NCBI GenBank assembly: GCA_036383155.1
Contig: DASVOW010000411.1
Location: 1-40,700 of the forward strand
DNA: 40,700 nucleotides
Direction: 5' to 3'
Source: Ktedonobacterales bacterium
GTDB lineage: Bacteria; Chloroflexota; Ktedonobacteria; Ktedonobacterales; JADMIN01
In this document: positions 17,920-25,698 of the stretch, in pieces
How positions within the stretch are numbered: the first letter of the stretch is position 1
How the letters are laid out: each line of letters begins with the position of its first letter
Notes under the pieces: generated by a model
Seen by the model: the letters and a program-made list of their open reading frames with translations, nothing else
Databases searched by the model: none
Told to the model about the DNA's origin: nothing
Made by a program: the position numbers and the translations under genes

Positions 17920-18921
17920 TTAACGCGACCAATTGCTGGTTGCGCTGGGTGTTGCTGAGTTCCCAGATGCAGTATCAGTATCGCCCGAATAGGGTGGAAC
18001 GGCGTCTGTCCCTGATGGCGCGGCCACCGGTTGAGCAGCGTAGACCCAGACATGCCCACCTTCCACCTTCGTCGCGACCGTCGGCAGCGGACGATACACT
18101 ACCGGTGAGCTTGCCGCCGAAGTTCCATCTTCCGTGAAACGCCCACCATGACACGGACAATCATACGTGCGCGCCCCACCATTCCATTGCAGCAGGCATC
18201 CCATATGCGTGCACACACCGGAAAGCGCGCTAAATCCTTCCGTTGTATGCCGCACGAAGCCTGCTATCGAATCGGTAGCGAACCTCCGTACACCGCCCAA
18301 AGGCACCTCTTCCACCTTGGCAACCGCCACCCATATCCCACGGCCGTCCGGTACAATCGACACAGCCGGCGGTGTTGCTACACCCGTGCCGTGCCCCTCA
18401 AGCCCACGCTCGACGGCAGTCCCTGCGGCGGCGCCAATAAATGCGGCCGCCGCACCAAGGCCCACACCCAGCAGCCCCCGCCGTGTAACCTCAGATCGCC
18501 GCCGTGCCGTTGGCTGTTCAGTTCTTTCGATTGGGTGTGCCGTCCCTAGCGCATCTCCACTTCGTGCTCCAGTAGCCTCTTGAGCCAGGCGCTTGCGCAG
18601 ATTAGCGACGAAGGTTGCATCTGGCTCAGCGGCATCTGGCGCAGCCGCACGGAAAAACGCCGCCATCTGGTAGGCCTGTACCTCATCAGCCGAGAGCGTA
18701 TCGGGCTGCAACGGCGCGCGATCGGCGCGCAGCCGCTCGATGTGTTGGTGCAGACGCACATACTGTTCGACGCTCTCAGCCGCCAACATCGCATTACCCT
18801 CGTCAGCATCAGCCCCAGAGCCGCCATCAAACTCCAGGTCACCGTCATCCACCCGCTCGTCGCCCATATCGCGCGGTCTATCCGGTATGCTGTTGTTTTC
18901 TCCATCGCGAGGTGAGCCCAT
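17920..18921 (-). CDS. membrane-anchored Rieske [2Fe-2S] protein with a cytoplasmic anti-sigma-like N-terminal domain
   Basis: CTHMGC...CPCHGG Rieske boxes in the C-terminal ~130 aa. A twin-arginine-like TRRGLLGVGLGAAAAFIGAAAG segment sits mid-protein. The acidic/helical N-terminal ~130 aa contain no Cys. GGAG lies 5 nt before ATG 18921. The gene is directly downstream of an ECF sigma gene. Confidence 0.8.
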   Translation of the reverse strand: MGSPRDGENNSIPDRPRDMGDERVDDGDLEFDGGSGADADEGNAMLAAESVEQYVRLHQHIERLRADRAPLQPDTLSADEVQAYQMAAFFRAAAPDAAEPDATFVANLRKRLAQEATGARSGDALGTAHPIERTEQPTARRRSEVTRRGLLGVGLGAAAAFIGAAAGTAVERGLEGHGTGVATPPAVSIVPDGRGIWVAVAKVEEVPLGGVRRFATDSIAGFVRHTTEGFSALSGVCTHMGCLLQWNGGARTYDCPCHGGRFTEDGTSAASSPVVYRPLPTVATKVEGGHVWVYAAQPVAAPSGTDAVPPYSGDTDTASGNSATPSATSNWSR

Positions 18922-19003
18922 GCAAACTCCGCTAAACTTGTGTTACGTCACGACTGCAGAACGATGCCCATCCCGCTCTCGGCATTATGGCATCAAAAAC
19001 GAG

Positions 19004-19019
19004 TGCCAGGGACGTGCCA
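19004..19019 (-). promoter_or_regulatory. sigma-54-type -24/-12 promoter candidate upstream of the Rieske gene
   Basis: The minus strand reads CTGGCACGTCCCTGGCAC. The -24 half TGGCACG is an exact match, the GG-N10-GC spacing is canonical, and the -12 half is TGGCA against consensus TTGCA (one mismatch). It lies 13 nt after the ECF sigma stop and ~80 nt before ATG 18921. Confidence 0.45.
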
Positions 19020-19031
19020 GAATTCTAGAAT

Positions 19032-19622
19032 CTACGTCTCTCTGCTGCCCTCGTCCTTCTCCAACGCGAGCTTGGCGGCGCTCTTGAGCGCGCGAAACTG
19101 AAGCACCTTCACGTTCGCCTCAGTCAACCGCATCTTTTCCGCCGCCTCGCGGATCGAATAGTTCATAAGGAAACGATAGGTAAGCACCTCGCGATAGCGC
19201 GGCGGCAGGAGGTGGAGAATCTGCTGCGCACGTACCTCAACATCACCAGATGGAAGCGCAGGGTCACCAATAGGCGCTTCCCACCCAGCGGCGACGAGCG
19301 TATCGAGCGAGCCGACATGCAGCCTGTAAAATGCTCGCCAGTGATCGGCAATGGTGGTTCGCGCCACCTGGAAGAGCCAACCTTGAATACTCTGCACATC
19401 ACGTGCTTCATCCATACCACGTAGCGCCTTCAGGAAGACCTGGGACGTCAAGTCCTCAGCCTCCTCGCGGTTGCCAACCCTCGCATAGATAAAGCGATAG
19501 ATGGCAGGCAAATACGTGACATAAATGTCATCCAGTTCGTGCATGCGGCTCGAATTTCGCGGTTCGCTGGGCACGCTTGAGACTGTCAGGTCGCCGTCAT
19601 GCACTCGTGGCCTCCGCTGCAT
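19032..19622 (-). CDS. ECF-type sigma-70-family sigma factor
   Basis: Region 2 (YLPAIYRFIYARVGNREEAEDLTSQVFLKAL, GWLFQVARTTIADHWR) and region 4 (LPPRYREVLTYRFLMNYSIREAAEKMRLTEANVKVLQFRALK). The start is ambiguous: GTG 19640 (track), ATG 19622 (GGGAGG 10 nt upstream, used here) or ATG 19544. Confidence 0.85.
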   Translation of the reverse strand: MQRRPRVHDGDLTVSSVPSEPRNSSRMHELDDIYVTYLPAIYRFIYARVGNREEAEDLTSQVFLKALRGMDEARDVQSIQGWLFQVARTTIADHWRAFYRLHVGSLDTLVAAGWEAPIGDPALPSGDVEVRAQQILHLLPPRYREVLTYRFLMNYSIREAAEKMRLTEANVKVLQFRALKSAAKLALEKDEGSRET

Positions 19623-19862
19623 CACGTGCCAACCTCCCACCTGATGCCATCTCCATCAGTACCACATCCGAACCAGCGAATGCCACCATCCAGGTGTACC
19701 TTCCCTATCGAGCATTACGCCAGGAGGTTACACACCTTGGCGTATCATGTCCCACCGGTTTATGCTGTGTACTGCATATATAGGTTTCGTTAGCCTTTCC
19801 TACTACACAAGATCTACCACCACATAACAATACGAGCAGGCTGAAAGGGAGACGCGACGGCC

Positions 19863-20237
19863 ATGTCAACCATGCAATTGATGGCTCGCATCGCCGAGAC
19901 CGACGCCACCTTCACGCTCCACAAGCGCGATTGGATTGGCAAGTGTCTCATCTGCGGCGGGCCGTTACGCTTCGATGCCGACACAGGAGAGGGCGCTGAC
20001 ATCGAGCACATACAGCCCCGCAGCCTCGGCGGTACAAACGATCTGCACAACCTCGGCATCACCCACAGAAAGTGTAATGCAGAAAAAGGACGCCGTTGGG
20101 ATGGCCACCGGCGCAGACGTGCCGAGCCCGGCCGCTATCAAGCATTGATCGCCCGTCTCCGCGCCGAGCGTGAGCGGCGCTGGCGTGACCCAAGCAATGC
20201 ACATGCTGCACGACATCCCGAGGCAACTCTGGCATGA
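19863..20237 (+). CDS. small HNH endonuclease
   Basis: 124 aa. CLICGG, DIEHIQPRSLGGTNDLHNLGITHRKCNAEKG (HNH core with flanking Cys pairs) and a basic C-terminal tail. Confidence 0.8.
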   Translation: MSTMQLMARIAETDATFTLHKRDWIGKCLICGGPLRFDADTGEGADIEHIQPRSLGGTNDLHNLGITHRKCNAEKGRRWDGHRRRRAEPGRYQALIARLRAERERRWRDPSNAHAARHPEATLA

Positions 20238-20953
20238 TGCCCTCCACCAACGAATCAGATAGAAATCCAACATACGGAGGTGAGCAGCCATTACAGCCTC
20301 ACCTCGACCGGGGAACGCTCACCGGATGCCTGGGTATCCTCTGTGTCCTGGCGCTTCCTGTATTGCTGTTCCTACCCTTCGAGTTGTGGCACCTCCCACT
20401 CTGGCTCCTACGCCTCGTTCCACTGGCCGCCGTGGGCATGGCCGCTCTCGGCGCATGGCTGCTCACCCGCGTCCCCGCGAGTCCTGCAGCCCGCTCCAGC
20501 GATCCACTCCACCCACTGACGAGCGAGGGTTTCTCTCCTGTCTTAGAGCAACCCGCACGCCGCGCGAACCGCATCGGCCTGATCATCGCCTGCATCCTCA
20601 TACTATTTGGTGCACTGGGCTACGCTCTAGCTACATTTGGTACCACTGGTGTCGCCACCGTCGCTGGCACTTTGCTGGCAAGCGGCGCCGGAGCAATGCT
20701 GTTGCTATATGGCGTGCTGGCAGCGCGTCGTCGTCTCGCTGTTCCCGCTTGGCGCTGGATTCGCATCCCCATCCAGGGTGGACTCGTCTATCAGGTGCTG
20801 CCTCTCACCTTGATTGGATTGGTGGCACTGGTCTGGGCGCTGTTCATCGCTGAGGAGCAAGGCTACATCTGGGCGCCCATCGGCATCGGCGCGTTAATCC
20901 TTGGCAGTGCCCTTCTAGGGCCAGTGGCGCAGCGCCTCCCACGGCAGCGCTAG
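20234..20953 (+). CDS. polytopic membrane protein, no recognisable family
   Basis: 239 aa with ~6 hydrophobic helices (CLGILCVLALPVLLFLPF, LVPLAAVGMAALGAWLL, IGLIIACILILFGALGYAL, VAGTLLASGAGAMLLLYGVL, LTLIGLVALVWALFI, IGIGALILGSALLG). ATG 20234 overlaps the HNH stop as ATGA. Confidence 0.6.
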   Translation: MMPSTNESDRNPTYGGEQPLQPHLDRGTLTGCLGILCVLALPVLLFLPFELWHLPLWLLRLVPLAAVGMAALGAWLLTRVPASPAARSSDPLHPLTSEGFSPVLEQPARRANRIGLIIACILILFGALGYALATFGTTGVATVAGTLLASGAGAMLLLYGVLAARRRLAVPAWRWIRIPIQGGLVYQVLPLTLIGLVALVWALFIAEEQGYIWAPIGIGALILGSALLGPVAQRLPRQR

Positions 20954-21043
20954 CATACCCGCCGACTGGCCCAAACTTCCGACAAACGCCGTGACAACCA
21001 TGCGTTATGAACAACCACGCGATACACTTCTGTTGCATACTGA

Positions 21044-21073
21044 GTGCGATCCAACACCTGTGCCGAATCGCAC
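21044..21073 (+). terminator. hairpin after the HNH/membrane gene pair
   Basis: GTGCGAT (21044..21050) pairs with ATCGCAC (21067..21073), with a 16-nt loop and no U-tract. Confidence 0.3.
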
Positions 21074-21086
21074 GCGACTATTCTAA

Positions 21087-21125
21087 TATCATGAGTGGAT
21101 GAGCTATCATGAGTGGATGAGCTAT
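21087..21125 (+). repeat. perfect 18-bp tandem duplication (2.2 copies) abutting a start codon
   Basis: TATCATGAGTGGATGAGC at 21087..21104 and again at 21105..21122, then TAT restarts a third copy and runs into ATG 21124. Confidence 0.9.
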
Positions 21126-21954
21126 GGCACCCAGTCACGATGAGACAACCTACCTCGGCTTTGCCGACGAAGCGCATTACAACGTCGGGCGCTACCGTGG
21201 ACTTGCTCTAGTGAGCATGCGCGCGCTAGATGCGCCATCCCTTCGCGCCGAGGTAAGCGCCATCCTGCACGAATGCCACACGACTGAATGCAAGTGGGAG
21301 CGAGTACGGAGCGCCAAGCATCGCTTCACCGCTCAAAAACTCCTGCACTGGACACTCGACCACGCATTGGCGGATTCCGTGCGCGTGAACGTGCTCACCT
21401 GGGATACAGGAACATCAGAGGATCAGCGCCAGGGAACCCATCATATGAAGCGGCTGCGCAGCACATATTTGCGCCTCTTCGCACACGTCATCCGCACACG
21501 TTGGCCTGACGCGCGTCGCTGGCGCTTCCATCCTGACGAACAGGAAGCGTTAGACTGGCGGGCAATCCAGCGTGACCTGCAGCAGGTGGTAGCTCGTGAG
21601 TCAACGTGTTCCCCTGAAATCGATCGCATCGTCCCTGTCGTATCGCGCGACGAGCCATTCGTGCAGCTTGCCGACCTCTTTGCCGGCCTTGGCGTTTTTT
21701 CACGCGACGGCTACGACGACTACGAGCAATGGCTCTATGCTCCTGGCGAAAACCATGACGAGCCAGCGGGAGAGCAGCATGCTCCAACGCGCCTGAGTAG
21801 TTCGCTACGGCAGCGCTGTGTGATCCTCGACGGATTTTACACCGAGTGCAAGCTTCGCAATGCGCGCGTGAGTCTACGCACCAACCGCGGGCTACGAACC
21901 TACGACCTGCAGTCCCCCATAGTCTTTGAATGGTTTAGGCTATCACCATCGTAA
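21124..21954 (+). CDS. DUF3800-like protein
   Basis: 276 aa. N-terminal YLGFADEAHY (in place of the DESG-type start), ECKWERVRS, and FVQLADLFAGLG near aa 185 resemble the three landmark segments of DUF3800. Motif-level call only. Confidence 0.6.
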   Translation: MAPSHDETTYLGFADEAHYNVGRYRGLALVSMRALDAPSLRAEVSAILHECHTTECKWERVRSAKHRFTAQKLLHWTLDHALADSVRVNVLTWDTGTSEDQRQGTHHMKRLRSTYLRLFAHVIRTRWPDARRWRFHPDEQEALDWRAIQRDLQQVVARESTCSPEIDRIVPVVSRDEPFVQLADLFAGLGVFSRDGYDDYEQWLYAPGENHDEPAGEQHAPTRLSSSLRQRCVILDGFYTECKLRNARVSLRTNRGLRTYDLQSPIVFEWFRLSPS

Positions 21955-21970
21955 GGTGCCGCACATACAG

Positions 21971-23281
21971 TCAATCGAAATAGGTCAGATAGGGTGCCTG
22001 TGCCCCCCACATCTCATCGAAGAGCGCGCTTATCTCCGCTGGCGAGCACACTGCCGCCGACAGCGGATCGAGCAGCAGAGCAGCACGGGCCGCCTCTTTG
22101 TTGCGCGTTAGCAGCGCCTCTACCATCAACGCATGCACCGCCAAATGCGCCCGGTTGAGCGCCGCGACCTGCTCCGGCAACGCCCCAAATTGCGTCGGCT
22201 GGATGCCGTTCTGGTCCACCAAACAAGCTACCTCGACACAACCATCCGGCAAATTATCGATCAGCGCCGCGTTCGTGCCGTTACGCACATTGCCATAGAT
22301 CACCTGCGGACGGTGCAGCGTCACGCCCTCGATAATGTATGAGCCGTACTCGTGGCTGCGGTGGTAGAGCAGCTCTTCTTCACCCGCAAGCATCGCCCGG
22401 ATACTCGCGTCGTTCTCGGCACGCCAGCGCGGCCAATTGTTGGCGTAGAACCCGCTTTCACCCAGGTAACCAGCCCGGCAATACTGCTCGATCAGCTCGG
22501 GTCGCTTGCGGAAATAGGGTACATACTCAGAGAAGTGCCCGCTACTCTCAGTCACAAACACACCAAAGTGTTTGACCATCTCGAAACGCACCGGATCCCG
22601 CTCATAGAGGTCGCGATCCGTGATCCGCTCCAGCAGCACCGGATACATATCCTGCCCTTGGTGGCGCAGTACGGTGAACCACGCGTTGTGATTGATCCCC
22701 GCGCAGCGCCACTCCAGCTCCTCATACGGCACGGCCAGATAGTCAGCAAGCTGACGCGAGCTACCTTGCACACTGTGACACAAGCCCACGGTCTTCATCG
22801 TCGTGCCGCGCAGTGCTGCCAGCGTCAGAATCGACATCGGATTAGTGTAGTTGAGCACGAGCGCGTCGGGACATAGGCGCTCGGCGTCGTGGAGAATGGC
22901 AAGCCAGGATGGCCCGGTGCGCAACGCCTTGAAGATGCCCCCCGGCCCGATAGTATCGCCAATGCACTGATCGATTCCGTATTTCAACGGAATATCGTAG
23001 TCGTGGCGCACATTGGCAAGACCAGCGACCTCGATAGTATTGATGAGAAAATCACTTCCCGCCAGCACCTCCGTACGTTCGGTGGAAGCGACGACTTGCC
23101 AGCGTTTGCCGCTGCGCTCGATCAGCCGCTCCGCAATGCGGCGTGCCAGGTCGAGGCGTTCAGCATCGAGATCGACCAGAGCAAACGTCCCCTCGTCCAA
23201 CCCATCGATGTGCAAAATATCGGTGATCAGTTGGCGAGCAAAGACGGCACTACCCGCTCCCAGAAAAGTGACTTTGGGCAT
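21971..23281 (-). CDS. family-4 glycoside hydrolase (alpha-galactosidase/alpha-glucosidase, MelA/AglA-like)
   Basis: MPKVTFLGAGSAVFARQL Rossmann start, NYTNPMSILT, GLCHSVQG. ATG 23281 is preceded by GAGAGAGGA. The track ORF adds 13 upstream codons. Confidence 0.85.
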   Translation of the reverse strand: MPKVTFLGAGSAVFARQLITDILHIDGLDEGTFALVDLDAERLDLARRIAERLIERSGKRWQVVASTERTEVLAGSDFLINTIEVAGLANVRHDYDIPLKYGIDQCIGDTIGPGGIFKALRTGPSWLAILHDAERLCPDALVLNYTNPMSILTLAALRGTTMKTVGLCHSVQGSSRQLADYLAVPYEELEWRCAGINHNAWFTVLRHQGQDMYPVLLERITDRDLYERDPVRFEMVKHFGVFVTESSGHFSEYVPYFRKRPELIEQYCRAGYLGESGFYANNWPRWRAENDASIRAMLAGEEELLYHRSHEYGSYIIEGVTLHRPQVIYGNVRNGTNAALIDNLPDGCVEVACLVDQNGIQPTQFGALPEQVAALNRAHLAVHALMVEALLTRNKEAARAALLLDPLSAAVCSPAEISALFDEMWGAQAPYLTYFD

Positions 23282-23325
23282 AATCCTCTCTCTACTCGAT
23301 TCTTTGCGAATCAACTTCAACCAAG

Positions 23326-23338
23326 TGGCACGTTGCCA
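23326..23338. promoter_or_regulatory. palindrome TGGCA-CGT-TGCCA upstream of the GH4 gene (operator candidate)
   Basis: Read directly. It lies 45-57 nt upstream of the GH4 start codon and just downstream of the xylA hairpin, and it contains the recurring 8-mer TGGCACGT. Confidence 0.25.
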
Positions 23339-23345
23339 ACGTAGC

Positions 23346-23379
23346 GGAGGAGTTACACAGCCACAGCGAAGTCTCCTCC
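23346..23379 (-). terminator. hairpin after xylA
   Basis: GGAGGAG (23346..23352) pairs with CTCCTCC (23373..23379), with a 20-nt loop and no U-tract. Confidence 0.3.
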
Positions 23380-23423
23380 CCGAAAGATAAAATGAGACAT
23401 TGCTGTGGCGTCCAGAGGCAGTG

Positions 23424-24596
23424 TTAGCGCACGCCGAGCAGCAGTTCTACGGTGAGTTGGTCAAGTCGCTCGTAGGCGAGGCCACGCGCACCCAGCGCCT
23501 TGCGGTCGAATGTAGCCGACTTGAGCGCTTGAGCCTTCTCCGCGGAGTAATTACCTGTGTAGGCCGCTGTCGAGCTATCGTCGGCGTTCAGCTCTTTCAA
23601 CAACGCCTGAATCTCAGCGTCGGCGTTGAAGCGCGCAGCCTTCTCTTTGAGGATGAGATAGGTGCGCATGCAGCCGCGCGCAAAGTCCTTGACGCCCTCG
23701 TAATCCTCTGTGCGATATGCGTGAGCGTCAAAGTGGCGCGAGCCGGAGTAGCCTACATCTTCGAGGAACTTCACCAGGAAGAAGGCAGACTTCGGATTGT
23801 AGGCACCAAAGCGGAAGTCCTGATCATAGCGTCCGAATGCCTGATCGTTCAGGTCAATATGGAAGAGCTTGCCCGCATCCCACGCCTGCGCTACAGCATG
23901 CAGGAAGTTGAGCCCCGCCATGTGCTCATGCGCAACCTCAGGGTTGACGCCGACCATCTCAGGATGGTCGAGCGTAGCGATGAAGCCGAGCATCGCGCCG
24001 ACCGTCGAGAGGTAGATATCGCCGCGCGGCTCATTCGGCTTCGGCTCCAGAGCAAACCTCAGATCATACTTCTGGTCGCGCACGTAATCACTTAAGAAAT
24101 TGAGCGCCTCACGGAAGCGTTTGAGGCTCTCCTGTGGGTTCTTGCTGGCGTCTGTCTCGACGCCCTCGCGCCCGCCCCAGAAGACGTAGAGCTTGGCACC
24201 CAGTTCCACGCCAAGGTCAATCGCGTTGACCGTCTTCTGCAAGGCATACGCGCGCACCTTCGGATCGTTGGAGGTAAACGCGCCGTCCTTAAACGCCGGA
24301 TCGGTAAAGAGATTGGTCGTCGCCATAGGCACGACGAGACCTGTCTCCTGGAGCGCGGCCTGGAAGTCCCGCACGATGCGGTCGCGATCGGCCGCTGTAG
24401 CGTCGATGGGAACGAGATCGTTGTCGTGGAAATTGACGCCGTAGACACCGCCAACGTCGCCTAGCAGGCGCGCCAGCTCCGCTGGCGACTTGGGAGCGCG
24501 CACCGGCTCGCCAAATGGGTCACGCCCAATGTTACCGACAGTCCACAGGCCAAACGTAAACTTGTTATCAAGCGTGGGTACATACGGATCTGCCAT
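23424..24596 (-). CDS. xylA: xylose isomerase, class I (actinobacterial/Thermus type)
   Basis: [82 protein letters not shown] and YDQDFRFG follow class I XylA throughout its ~390 aa. AAAGGAG lies 8 nt upstream. Confidence 0.95.
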   Translation of the reverse strand: MADPYVPTLDNKFTFGLWTVGNIGRDPFGEPVRAPKSPAELARLLGDVGGVYGVNFHDNDLVPIDATAADRDRIVRDFQAALQETGLVVPMATTNLFTDPAFKDGAFTSNDPKVRAYALQKTVNAIDLGVELGAKLYVFWGGREGVETDASKNPQESLKRFREALNFLSDYVRDQKYDLRFALEPKPNEPRGDIYLSTVGAMLGFIATLDHPEMVGVNPEVAHEHMAGLNFLHAVAQAWDAGKLFHIDLNDQAFGRYDQDFRFGAYNPKSAFFLVKFLEDVGYSGSRHFDAHAYRTEDYEGVKDFARGCMRTYLILKEKAARFNADAEIQALLKELNADDSSTAAYTGNYSAEKAQALKSATFDRKALGARGLAYERLDQLTVELLLGVR

Positions 24597-24695
24597 GTGA
24601 GACGCTCCTTTTCAACGTCGATCGGAACCAACGACGGGAAGCGGTGCTTCTGCGTAGTGATGCGAAGTGAATTGTAGCACAGCTCCGCGTCGCGT

Positions 24696-25595
24696 TTAGG
24701 TGCGCATCTGATCCCACAGCGCCGATAGCTCCTCCAGCGGGTCATCAGGTGGTGTCAGACCGAGAACCCTCCGCATAGTTGTGACGTCCGCCACGAAGCG
24801 CGTCACTTCCACCGAGCGCGCTGGTAGGACACGCTCGCCCACTGCCACGCCGGGCAACGCCCGTACACGCGCCGAGAGCTCGCGCAGGCTCGTACCAACG
24901 CCACTACCGACATTCACCGGCTGGCCATGCAGAGGCATCTCCGCCACTCGTAGCAGCGCCCGTACCACCTGCCCAACAGATACGAAATCGATCACCTGCT
25001 CACCGCCGTAGAGCTCCAGATCTTTGCCACGTAGTGCTCGATCCAGCCAGATCGGAATCACACGGTCTCGATCACCGGAGCCATACACATTTGCCAGGCG
25101 TAGCACGCTCACATCCAGGCCGTATGTATTCTGGAAGGTGCGACAGTAGACCTCGCCGGCCACCTTGCTCGCCCCGTAGGCATTCTTCGGGTTCAACAGG
25201 CGATCTTCCCCGACTGGAAGCACATCCACCTCACCATATGCCTCGCGCGACGAGGTGAAGATCATGCGCTCGATGTCGCCCGCATCCCGTGCCGCAACCA
25301 GCACGTTGAAGGTGCCGACGACATTTGTAGAGAATGAGTAGTCGCTGTCGGTAACCGCGCCGATAACATTGCTCTGCGCCGCCAGGTGGAAGACATACCT
25401 GACACCCCTCATTGCCTCACGCAGCGTAGGCAGATCGCGGACATCTCCCTGTACGAAATGCACCCCTGCGGGCACTCGTGCGCGGTCTCCCCGCCGAAGG
25501 TTATCCAGCACAACCACTTCCTCGCCCGCGCCAACCAGCGCGGCGACGAGATGCGTGCCAATGAAACCTGCCCCGCCCGTAACCAGAACACTCAT
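24696..25595 (-). CDS. NAD-dependent epimerase/dehydratase (UDP-glucose 4-epimerase-like SDR)
   Basis: MSVLVTGGAGFIGTHLV Rossmann start and the YGASK catalytic motif. GGAGGAG lies upstream of ATG 25595. The 89 extra codons of track ORF 24696..25862 have no SDR counterpart. Confidence 0.85.
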   Translation of the reverse strand: MSVLVTGGAGFIGTHLVAALVGAGEEVVVLDNLRRGDRARVPAGVHFVQGDVRDLPTLREAMRGVRYVFHLAAQSNVIGAVTDSDYSFSTNVVGTFNVLVAARDAGDIERMIFTSSREAYGEVDVLPVGEDRLLNPKNAYGASKVAGEVYCRTFQNTYGLDVSVLRLANVYGSGDRDRVIPIWLDRALRGKDLELYGGEQVIDFVSVGQVVRALLRVAEMPLHGQPVNVGSGVGTSLRELSARVRALPGVAVGERVLPARSVEVTRFVADVTTMRRVLGLTPPDDPLEELSALWDQMRT

Positions 25596-25698
25596 TCGCG
25601 TACACTCCTCCGCGGCTGCATCCCCACATCGGATGAAACGCAGTGACGGCCTAGATCCGCCGGGATACGAACGAGTGAGGCAAATGTCGCCCTGTTGC

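Noticed and set aside
21087-21125. Short tandem repeats (3177, 21087, 26815 and 39338) as CRISPR or minisatellite arrays
   Set aside because: Each has only 2-3 contiguous units with no spacers, units of 9-18 bp and no cas genes, so they are not CRISPR arrays. They are reported as leader or promoter duplications instead.
23400-24095. 231-aa ORF on the plus strand
   Set aside because: It is antisense to xylA, whose identity is unambiguous along its full length.
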